Source: Raphidiopsis brookii D9 (GTDB taxonomy: Bacteria; Cyanobacteriota; Cyanobacteriia; Cyanobacteriales; Nostocaceae). Taken from it: 32,000 nt of DNA. Positions 8,836-17,139 of this stretch are shown piece after piece. The translations under genes were made by a program, and so were the position numbers. The DNA lies in contig ACYB01000035.1 in assembly GCA_000175855.1 (NCBI GenBank), positions 180,001 to 212,000 on the forward strand. The letters run 5' to 3'. The notes below the pieces were generated by a model. It saw only the letters and a program-made list of their open reading frames with translations, searched no databases and had not been told where the DNA came from. Positions within the stretch are counted from its first letter, which is position 1; each line of letters starts with the position of its first letter.

Positions 8836-9019
8836 TAGAAAGGAACTAACAGGAAAATAATTCTTAGTAGGTTAGCAGCACCACCAAAATAACAGGTACT
8901 TGTAAATATAATAAAGGAAAAATGATTACCCAACTCTGGGCTGATCTATCTTCTGGAGAATAGGAGGATTCTAAAAAGCTATTGAAAAGCAGTTGTTTGG
9001 AAGTCACTTTTTTCAGAAA

Positions 9020-9973
9020 TTAGGAATTAAAAATTATCAATGGATTGGTTTTATTAGTTTGCCATGCTTGCCAACGTCCACGCAAGGAAGCATACAATTT
9101 TTTGTTGATAATTCTCCCTTGACTAGGTAAAAATCTTAACCACTGTACTATGCCTAAAGCATCTCTTGTTCCTATGAATATTGCCCATAATAAAAAAACG
9201 ATTTGCCTTAAAGGTGGCAAGTATTCTAGTAAAACTAGGGTTTCATTATGGACTAAGTTAGTTAGGGCAATTTCATTGAAATTTTCCCTCTGATCTTCAT
9301 CAAAGCGAGTAGCTGGATAGTGATCTACTGCTATTTGAGGGTCATAAATTATTTTCCACCCCGCACGTTTGAGAGCTAGGGTAAATGCCATTTCAAAATG
9401 TACTTGGGCCCCTGTACCACGCATCCTTTCATCAAAGGTTAGTTCCCCTATGGACTGGATGCGAAAACTCATATTCACACCTTTGAGGATATCCACTTCA
9501 CGAGCTTTTCCCGTTCCTAAATGATGGTTACCAATGACTCTTCCAAACCACTGTATACGTCCCACCACTGCACGAGAATCCTGCTCTATCTTATCTCCAT
9601 GTACCCAGTCCCTTCCACCTACTGCAGCGATACTACTATCTTTGGCAAAATGGGCAGTAATTTTTTCTAACCAGTCAGGATGGGGTGCAGCATCATCATC
9701 AGTAATGGATACTAGGTCTCCATTGACAACTTGTAGTCCAGTGTTCAGAGCTTGTACTACTCCTGACTTTGTAACTGTAACTATTTGCAATGGTAGGTTA
9801 TCACAAGATAGTTTGCTTGGCAATTGACTCAAAAATTCCCAGGTCTGTGTATCCACATCCCTAACTACTATAATTATTTGATTAGCTGGTCTAGTTTGGG
9901 CTTGAAGTGCGACAAGGCACCGCCATAAATCGTGGGGACGACGATAAGTAGGAATAAGAACTGTGTTGCGCAT
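9020..9973 (-). CDS. Glycosyltransferase family 2 (GT-A)
   Basis: VLIPTYRRPHDLWRCLVALQAQT at the N-terminus, then the DxD-type motif ITDDDAAPHPDWL. ATG start. Confidence 0.85.
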   Translation of the reverse strand: MRNTVLIPTYRRPHDLWRCLVALQAQTRPANQIIIVVRDVDTQTWEFLSQLPSKLSCDNLPLQIVTVTKSGVVQALNTGLQVVNGDLVSITDDDAAPHPDWLEKITAHFAKDSSIAAVGGRDWVHGDKIEQDSRAVVGRIQWFGRVIGNHHLGTGKAREVDILKGVNMSFRIQSIGELTFDERMRGTGAQVHFEMAFTLALKRAGWKIIYDPQIAVDHYPATRFDEDQRENFNEIALTNLVHNETLVLLEYLPPLRQIVFLLWAIFIGTRDALGIVQWLRFLPSQGRIINKKLYASLRGRWQAWQTNKTNPLIIFNS

Positions 9974-11093
9974 TTTGGATTACTTCAGTAAATAAATCTA
10001 AATAGTTTTGTGCCATTATCTTCCAGCTATATTGCTCAGCAATAGCGCGAGCAGCTCTGCCCATTTTTTGACGTAACTGGTAATCGCTTTTTAGCAATTC
10101 TAAAGACTGAGCTAGGCTATTTATATCATTGCAGTCAGCTAATACAATTCCACAAGCAGGGGTAACTAGATCTGCTGCACCTGTGCTTTTGGACGTAATT
10201 ACTGGTAAACCGGAAGCCATTGCTTCAATTACTACTAGTCCAAAAGGTTCATAACGGGAAGGAAATACAAAAAAATCTGCTGCTTTTTGCAGAAGTGGCA
10301 TATCTCGACGATAACCTAAAAAATGTACTCGTTGACCTAATTGTAATTTTTCTACCATTTTGGGATAGGGACTATTTTTAGTTTCTCCCACCACAGCTAA
10401 ATGTAAATCGGGAACTTTTACTAAGGACTGAAGTACGGTATCTAAATTTTTGCGGGAGATGCGAATATCTCCTGCAAACATTGCTAAAGTGACATTTTTT
10501 GGTAACCCTAATTCCTCCCTTTCTATGCTTCCCGGTGTGAATTCTTCTAGGTCTACTCCATTGGCAATCACGCGAATTTTCCTGGGATCTACACCAATAT
10601 TTATGAGTTCCTCCGCCACTTTTGTGGAAACCGCTACCACAACTTTACTTTTGCGAAATGCCTGTTTTTCCCAATAGGAATTTATCCCGGTATATAGCCA
10701 CTGATATAAACCATATAGGTCTCGATGCTCTTGAGAAATATGTACAGGCGATCGCCACCAAGAGTTATGCACAAAATGCACAGCATTTACATCACTATTA
10801 ACTCCAGTAATTGCCCCATTAAGTTTTACGATGTCAAGCTCTCCGCGATGATCTCGTAACCAGCGGGCACTTTTTTGGGCAAAGACCAAATTACGAATGA
10901 ATTCGGTGGGATATTTATGGACAATAATTGGAACCCAATCAACGGAAATACTCTCTGCTAGTTCAGGAGCGACTTCACTGGCCAATAGTGTTAATTGATG
11001 ACCACGACGTATCAATTCCATCGCTATTTCATAATTAACTCTACCCTGGCCATCAGCTTTTCTAATCTTGTGGGTGACAATACAGATTTTCAC
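9891..11093 (-). CDS. Glycosyltransferase family 4 (GT-B)
   Basis: GTG start preceded by GAGGTGA. N-terminus is (M)KICIVTHKIRKADGQGRV. E-x7-E region: YEPFGLVVIEAMASGLPVITSKSTGAADLV. The 3' end runs 83 nt into the next gene. Confidence 0.85.
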   Translation of the reverse strand: MKICIVTHKIRKADGQGRVNYEIAMELIRRGHQLTLLASEVAPELAESISVDWVPIIVHKYPTEFIRNLVFAQKSARWLRDHRGELDIVKLNGAITGVNSDVNAVHFVHNSWWRSPVHISQEHRDLYGLYQWLYTGINSYWEKQAFRKSKVVVAVSTKVAEELINIGVDPRKIRVIANGVDLEEFTPGSIEREELGLPKNVTLAMFAGDIRISRKNLDTVLQSLVKVPDLHLAVVGETKNSPYPKMVEKLQLGQRVHFLGYRRDMPLLQKAADFFVFPSRYEPFGLVVIEAMASGLPVITSKSTGAADLVTPACGIVLADCNDINSLAQSLELLKSDYQLRQKMGRAARAIAEQYSWKIMAQNYLDLFTEVIQNAQHSSYSYLSSSPRFMAVPCRTSSPN

Positions 11094-11228
11094 TTCTCAC
11101 CTCAAACTTTTAGTTGTTCTAGTCCTAAAAACTTCTGCTAATTTTTTTACCATTCCCAAAATTTGTTTATTTGGTCTATGCTACGATTATATAAAAATCT
11201 GGCTAAGATCAAGATTAATATCTAATCT

Positions 11229-12221
11229 TCATGAAGTACTGCTCAAAAATTTATTAATTAATTTTGGATGGAAGAAACTAATTAACAAGGCAATAATAGT
11301 CCGAAAATTCAATCTTTCTTGCCGTAAAACTTGCCAAAAATAAGAACGTGCTGCAGATGGTTGATTTTCTCTTATTAGTCCAATACCTAAGGTTGTATGT
11401 GCTTCTAACCATAATTTTTTAAAGTGATTATAGAAAGACTGTAAATGGGGGTCATTCATAAATATCTTGTAACAGAAAATTTCACTTTCAGCCTTGCTGA
11501 TTTTTGCTTTTACATTGCGTCTACCACTGAGCATAGTGTCCGTTTGTTCATGTTCGCGATAGTAAGTTAGTTTTTCTGGGACATAGTAAGCACCATAGCC
11601 AGATACAGAGGATAAATATGTCAAATATAAGTCCCACATTCCTCCTACCTGCAAGGGAATAGCATCCCAATTAATCAAACCATTACGAATTACACAAGCA
11701 GCAGCGGTGGGAATACTCTTATCGACTAAGCCCATTTTTAAAAAATTCTTATGTATTCCAAGGGGTATTTGATCTCGTTTATAAGCACGAGAAGTTTTCT
11801 GGGTAGCATCAAGATTGATTTGACCATTAGCATCTATAATATATTGGTCACAAAAAGCAAGAATCAAATCCGAATTGTGCTCCAAATGTGGTACGAGTGT
11901 GTCCAGAAAATCGGGATGCCATAGGTCATCATCATGGAGGGTAGCGACATATTTACCCTGTGCCATTTTGAGAGCATGGATCTGATTTTTGAGCATTCCT
12001 ACATTTTGTGGGTGTTGCCAAAATCTGATCCGTGGATCAGAAAAATCAGCTACCAAATTTGCTGGACTTTCTACACTACAATTATCCGAAACAATAATTT
12101 CAATGTTCTGATATGTTTGGAGAGCAGCACTGAAAATTGCTTGTTTGAGATATTGAGGACGATTATAAGTAGGGATAATGACACTAACTAAGGGTGGTAG
12201 TAAGTCAGAAGTTATGGACAT
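11229..12221 (-). CDS. Glycosyltransferase family 2 (GT-A)
   Basis: VSVIIPTYNRPQYLKQAIFSAALQTYQNIEIIVSDNCS and LHDDDLWHPDFL. The ATG overlaps the stop of the upstream gene by 10 nt. Confidence 0.85.
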   Translation of the reverse strand: MSITSDLLPPLVSVIIPTYNRPQYLKQAIFSAALQTYQNIEIIVSDNCSVESPANLVADFSDPRIRFWQHPQNVGMLKNQIHALKMAQGKYVATLHDDDLWHPDFLDTLVPHLEHNSDLILAFCDQYIIDANGQINLDATQKTSRAYKRDQIPLGIHKNFLKMGLVDKSIPTAAACVIRNGLINWDAIPLQVGGMWDLYLTYLSSVSGYGAYYVPEKLTYYREHEQTDTMLSGRRNVKAKISKAESEIFCYKIFMNDPHLQSFYNHFKKLWLEAHTTLGIGLIRENQPSAARSYFWQVLRQERLNFRTIIALLISFFHPKLINKFLSSTS

Positions 12222-13402
12222 GTTGTTAACTCACTATGGTTGGTTTGACTTGGCTTTTGATAAATGGTTTCTAGGAAACGTAAAGCTGTGGGAGCGGGAC
12301 TATAATTTTCCATAGCCCATTTTCTACCCTCTGTAGCAATTGCTGGTAAAATTTCCGGTTGATCGGCAATTTTTTCGATTGTGGCTTTGACATTATCAAA
12401 ATCCACACCAATATAATGTCGCCAATTTTCTGGCATAACAGGTAAACAAACACCATATTTTTCAAAATCTACATGAAAGATAACACATCCAGCTGCTAAA
12501 GATTCCCACAATCGCCAACTGTCCCACTGTACTATCTGATGGGATTTTAACTCTAAATGACTGAGCATTTGCTTACCTATACGATTAAGTAAACTGGCTG
12601 GGTTATCAGGCCAGCTAGGCACAAAAAAACCTCCAAAACAAGCACAAGCAGCGGAGTTTTTTAGACGCTGGTAAAAGCTGGGATAATGTCTCTTACCGGT
12701 TTGTAACCACTGCAATTTATGATATGGGTCTGATGTTAGATTATAGGGAGTATCAATACTGTTGTCTACGGAGAAAATTTTACTGACTTGGGGTATAAAC
12801 ATCCGAGAACTAATATTTCTCACCGGATGGCCTTTTTTCCAATGGCGAAAATTAACCAAAATTCGTTTTTGACGATGATCGAAATCTGGCACTATGTTAA
12901 CTTCTCGTAAAACTCGACTGCTTAAACCAAAAGCCCAGGGGTAAAAATTATTCCTAGATTTACTATTTCCATATTGTAACTTACGATTATGATGGGTGCG
13001 AAAAATAAAATCAAACTGGTTGAATTCAAGTCTAGTGCTATAGGTTTTATCACTGTCTTCTCCATCTAGGTAAACCGTAAGATATCCACGATTCGGTTTA
13101 AATAGATTATTTAACTGGGGATGATTAACAGACAACCAAATATTAGTTAATATAACTAATTCACAATCATCAAAAGTAATATTTGGGTCATAATTAAAAA
13201 GATATTTTTCCTCTTGAGCTGATTCTAACCAATAATTGACATTAGCAAAAAATGAGATTCCTAGTTCCTGAAAACCTTCAGCTAAGCAAACCAGTAAATG
13301 TTGAAATTGATCACCAACATCATCCAACTCTCGAGGATCACATAAAAAATATACTTTACCATTAAACTTATGTTTCAGCTGTGCAATCGTTTGTGCAATC
13401 AT
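12212..13402 (-). CDS. Hypothetical protein, possibly a divergent GT-B-like glycosyltransferase
   Basis: 396-aa ORF with an ATG start, translationally coupled to the downstream GT2. The only recognisable segment is C-terminal (RLWESLAAGCVIFHVDFEKYG..MPENWRHYIGVD). It resembles the R.fE.la.G motif of Glyco_trans_1_2-type domains. Confidence 0.4.
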   Translation of the reverse strand: MIAQTIAQLKHKFNGKVYFLCDPRELDDVGDQFQHLLVCLAEGFQELGISFFANVNYWLESAQEEKYLFNYDPNITFDDCELVILTNIWLSVNHPQLNNLFKPNRGYLTVYLDGEDSDKTYSTRLEFNQFDFIFRTHHNRKLQYGNSKSRNNFYPWAFGLSSRVLREVNIVPDFDHRQKRILVNFRHWKKGHPVRNISSRMFIPQVSKIFSVDNSIDTPYNLTSDPYHKLQWLQTGKRHYPSFYQRLKNSAACACFGGFFVPSWPDNPASLLNRIGKQMLSHLELKSHQIVQWDSWRLWESLAAGCVIFHVDFEKYGVCLPVMPENWRHYIGVDFDNVKATIEKIADQPEILPAIATEGRKWAMENYSPAPTALRFLETIYQKPSQTNHSELTTCP

Positions 13403-13439
13403 TGTCGTGTATTTTGTATATTTGATAAAAAACTAGAAA

Positions 13440-15281
13440 CTATCTGATATCATTTTGTGTCTGATAATATTGCCAAAATTTACCTTGTTGTTGAATCAGA
13501 TCTTGGTATGAACCCTGTTCCATAATTTTTCCCTGTTCAATGACCACAACTTTATCAGCTTTAGCCACTGTAGAAAGACGATGGGCAATAACAATTACTG
13601 TTCGCCCAATAGTAAATTTATCTAACAACTCTTGAATTACCTGTTCTGTAATTGCATCCAATGCACTAGTTGGCTCATCTAAAATCAGGATTTCGGGATT
13701 TCTCACTAAAGCTCGAGCAATGGCAATTCTCTGTTGTTGTCCTCCAGATAATTGCATGCCATCAGCACCAATTATGGTATCAAAACCTTGAGGTAATTTT
13801 TGAATAAATTCAAGAGCATTGGCTAACCGTGCAGCTTCAATAATTTCTTCCTCGGTGGCTAGGGGTGTACCATAGGTAATATTATGACGAATTGAAGTGT
13901 TAAAAATAAAACTTTTTTGACCAACTATAGCCATTTTCCAACGAAGAGAGTTGATTTCAAATTTTTGGAAATCTAACCCATCTAGCAAAATTCTCCCGTT
14001 AGTTGGTTCATGGAATCTAGCAAGTAAGTCAGCTAATGTGGTTTTACCACCACCTGATGCACCAACTAGGGCAGTCATTTTACCTTTTTCTATTGTCAAA
14101 GTGATATCTTTAAGAACTAAATGATTGGGTTCATAGCCAAAATTTACAGCCTGTATATCTATAGCTTTTTGAATCCCACTAAATTTAAGATAGCCATTTT
14201 TAAAATAGGCTTTATTTTCAGGATTTAATAAATCTTTGATATTTTCTACCGCACCAGCTTGAGTATTTAAAAATGCTAAAACTCCGTTGACATCTTGAAT
14301 CATTGGTACCAGACGAAATAGGACAAAAAAGAAAGTCAGGAGGTTAGAAATTGGCATTAAATGTATAACTATAGCCATGCAAATAATACCAACCAAAATC
14401 AGGGTTGATATACTATCCGCCAGGGGTTTAACTATCAGGGAAATCCAATAAACTCTACGCCAAGATTTAACAATGTTGGCGCTGGCTTCAAAGTATCTTT
14501 CCTGTTCAACCTGTTGTGTACAAAAAGCATGAACTACACGGATACCATCCAAAAACTCCAGCACTCTAGTGGTAAAAATATCATTGGCTTTAGTAATCTC
14601 AAAACTGCGTTCCCTAATATGTTTATTTAGTGTGGATAGTCCCAAGGCTAAAAAGCTAAATAGGAAAATAGACAAGATGGAAAGATGCCAGGATAAAACA
14701 AATAGGGAAATTGAGTAGACTGCCAAAGTAAGACTTTTTGTTACTAAAAAAGCCAATCCTCCGAAAATCTGTCTAATTCTCTCCATTTCATTGGTGAGAG
14801 TATTAATCAATTCTCCAGAGCTTTTTTTAGAAAAGTAACCTAGAGTTTGTGTACTCAATTGTTCAAATATGCGTTTACGCAAATTATCTACTAAATTAAT
14901 CTCACTAAACTGAATACATAATTGTCCTATATAGTTAAATAATGCCCGTATACAGGTAGTAACTACAATGAGAGCGGATATGCGATATAATCGTTCTATT
15001 ATTGGAGTATTAACTCCTAAAATAAAAATATCAACCCAATCAATTCCCGTCTTTACAGGTTCAGCAGTGGGAGTGGTTAAACTCTGTAGAAATACCAACA
15101 AAAAACCTAAACCAAATCCCTCAAAACTAGCAGCAAGAGCTGAAAAAAATATGGCACCAATGGCCATCAAGCGAAAATGCTGGAACTCTTTGAGAATTAA
15201 TTTATGGTTTTGCCAAAAACTTGCACTTTGCAAGATTTCGAGAGGGAGACTAGCAAGTTTAAGGTGCATAGGAATTATCAA
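13440..15281 (-). CDS. hepA: Fused TMD-NBD ABC exporter (MsbA/type I exporter fold), HepA-like
   Basis: Six-helix N-terminal half. Walker A is GASGGGKTT, the signature is LSGGQQQRIAIARAL and Walker B is ILILDEPTSALD. Its position next to the hepC-like gene matches what I recall of hepA in Anabaena PCC 7120. The track start is TTG at 15281; an ATG lies at 15269 (MHLKLASL). Confidence 0.75.
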   Translation of the reverse strand: MIIPMHLKLASLPLEILQSASFWQNHKLILKEFQHFRLMAIGAIFFSALAASFEGFGLGFLLVFLQSLTTPTAEPVKTGIDWVDIFILGVNTPIIERLYRISALIVVTTCIRALFNYIGQLCIQFSEINLVDNLRKRIFEQLSTQTLGYFSKKSSGELINTLTNEMERIRQIFGGLAFLVTKSLTLAVYSISLFVLSWHLSILSIFLFSFLALGLSTLNKHIRERSFEITKANDIFTTRVLEFLDGIRVVHAFCTQQVEQERYFEASANIVKSWRRVYWISLIVKPLADSISTLILVGIICMAIVIHLMPISNLLTFFFVLFRLVPMIQDVNGVLAFLNTQAGAVENIKDLLNPENKAYFKNGYLKFSGIQKAIDIQAVNFGYEPNHLVLKDITLTIEKGKMTALVGASGGGKTTLADLLARFHEPTNGRILLDGLDFQKFEINSLRWKMAIVGQKSFIFNTSIRHNITYGTPLATEEEIIEAARLANALEFIQKLPQGFDTIIGADGMQLSGGQQQRIAIARALVRNPEILILDEPTSALDAITEQVIQELLDKFTIGRTVIVIAHRLSTVAKADKVVVIEQGKIMEQGSYQDLIQQQGKFWQYYQTQNDIR

Positions 15282-15314
15282 TAGTAATAGAATTAATCAC
15301 AATCAAGGCAAAAA

Positions 15315-16259
15315 TTACATAGGAGCGCGACGGATAAAACGACCAATAGCTGAACCAAGTAGAATCTCTAAATTCTGCTGAATTAGTTTGGCATTGGAAT
15401 AAAGTTTAATAGGTGTACCGCTGTGTTTCCAATACAATTTATCTGTGATAGTAGGAGCACTGCCCAACAAAGCACTCAGCATCAACTTTTTACGCCAAGG
15501 TTTGATATTTGGTACTGTCGCATGAGACATAATGGTACCACCAGGAATAAAATCCATGCCGTCAGGTCCAACCGTACTTAAAGGATAATTATTTAACATT
15601 AAAGCTAAATTCAAGTAAGTTTGATCTCCATATAAATAGGGAGGAAAATTAAAAGTACGATTCCCATAAAGATCCGTTAGGTCGCTGTAACCCAATTTCT
15701 CACCTATTTCTTGCAAATTTTGCCAAGTGGTCAGAACTGATTGATATTGCTTGGGTATGCCAATAAACCCACTATTATAGTGATAATCTAATTGGCGTTC
15801 ACAAATAAAACCATTACTTTTGGCAAATTCTTTCCATGCTAGTCTCCGGGGATGATTAGCAGGAACCAAATACCAGGAGTCACCACAAATGGCAATCCCC
15901 CGACTAACCCAGTTTTCATAAAAGCTCCATTTACACTTATTGACTATATCAGGATCAAAGTAAAATAATGCCTCCATATCACAACAGTATTTTTGCCATA
16001 GTAGAGACATAAAATCGGGTTTGTAAAAACCTAGATGTTTATTGGTTTTTACCTCTATAAATCTGATGGCACAATCCGGAGACACAGTAAACTCTTCATA
16101 ACCTGCTCCTGTTTTTAAATACTTCGCCCAACTTGGTAATTTACCACGATAGCCAGCCCAGCATATTCCTTTAAAACCATGATGGTGTAATGAGTTGACC
16201 AAGGCACCCACACCATAGTGGTAGTCTTTTTCAAATACGGTACAAATAGCGGTTTTCAT
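15315..16259 (-). CDS. Glycosyltransferase family 8-like (retaining GT-A)
   Basis: All GT8 blocks are recognisable:
- ICTVFEKDYHYGVGALVNSL;
- ALFYFDPDIV (DxD);
- YHYNSGFIGIP;
- GDQTYLNLAL;
- SHATVPNIKPW. Confidence 0.7.
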   Translation of the reverse strand: MKTAICTVFEKDYHYGVGALVNSLHHHGFKGICWAGYRGKLPSWAKYLKTGAGYEEFTVSPDCAIRFIEVKTNKHLGFYKPDFMSLLWQKYCCDMEALFYFDPDIVNKCKWSFYENWVSRGIAICGDSWYLVPANHPRRLAWKEFAKSNGFICERQLDYHYNSGFIGIPKQYQSVLTTWQNLQEIGEKLGYSDLTDLYGNRTFNFPPYLYGDQTYLNLALMLNNYPLSTVGPDGMDFIPGGTIMSHATVPNIKPWRKKLMLSALLGSAPTITDKLYWKHSGTPIKLYSNAKLIQQNLEILLGSAIGRFIRRAPM

Positions 16260-16340
16260 TTTTTGTTGCCGTTGTTAGCTGTTGTTAATTATGTGAATTT
16301 TCATGGGTTATTAGCAACCTTATCTTAGGAGTAAGTTTGT

Positions 16341-16985
16341 CTAAAGCTTGGAGTATTTGGAGTTAAATAGACTAGTTTCACCGCGCAAGATATTGAATAG
16401 CTCTGGCAATCTATATAATCTTAACTTCCTCATCCCTAGGCTTGAGATCGGAAGATTTTGTTGAAGATTATGATTGAAATTTACCAACCGAAATAATTTG
16501 CCTTTTTTGCCAGTACACCATTCATACTTAAATATTGACTCCGGTGATTTTAATAACATTAATAAGACTATAACTCCTATTAAAGGACTAAATAAAGATA
16601 AAAAGAACAATGCCAAAAATATATCTATTGTTCTCTCTAATATCCCCAATATATCCTCACCTATTGTAAGAGGTTGATTTTTATTAACAGGCCGTATATA
16701 TATTGGTTTATTAGCCTTCTCACAAGCATTCGCCCAAAATTTTAATGTGGGGGTTCCCAATTTGGAATCTATAGTTACTAAATTAACTGTGGAATGTTTT
16801 AGACAGTTAATCAATTGTTGTTCATTATTTAGGGAAGGTAAATGTATTTGTGAGTAATTTCGGGAGGATGTAACTAATAACTGATTCCTACGCCATTTAA
16901 GAGAGTAAGATGGAAAGGCAAAATTTTCAGATAGGTCAGATACAACACTAGATGGCTGTAAACTAGGAAAAATAGAAGTTGTCAT
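16341..16985 (-). CDS. hepC: HepC-like bacterial sugar transferase (phosphoglycosyl transferase) homologue, C-terminally truncated and with degenerate catalytic motifs; possibly a pseudogene or non-catalytic
   Basis: ERTIDIFLALFFLSLFSPLIGVIVLLMLL matches the KR.fD...sPl re-entrant helix of Bac_transf. The following blocks are recognisable but altered:
- KKGKLFRLVNFNHN versus G..F...KFRTM;
- LRLYRLPELFNILRGETSLF versus LR..slDELPQL.NVL.G.MSlVGPRP.
The ORF stops at the position of the VGPRP block. Confidence 0.55.
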   Translation of the reverse strand: MTTSIFPSLQPSSVVSDLSENFAFPSYSLKWRRNQLLVTSSRNYSQIHLPSLNNEQQLINCLKHSTVNLVTIDSKLGTPTLKFWANACEKANKPIYIRPVNKNQPLTIGEDILGILERTIDIFLALFFLSLFSPLIGVIVLLMLLKSPESIFKYEWCTGKKGKLFRLVNFNHNLQQNLPISSLGMRKLRLYRLPELFNILRGETSLFNSKYSKL

Positions 16986-17139
16986 TGTCGTGTTTTTCCT
17001 CTCTCTATATTTTCTATAATAGAATAAGATGGTTAGTTGATTTGTGAACTCATGAATTCTTTATTTATTCTTGACTAACTCTTGATTAATTCCTTAAATA
17101 ATATAGAACAATAGAAAATTCCCCGTTTCCCCAGAATAA

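Noticed and set aside
14968-15381. 137-aa plus-strand ORF spanning the 5' end of the ABC exporter and the 3' end of the GT8 gene.
   Set aside because: It lies entirely antisense to two well-supported genes. It has a low-complexity, Lys/Arg/Ile-rich composition typical of shadow ORFs in AT-rich DNA, and no recognisable motif.
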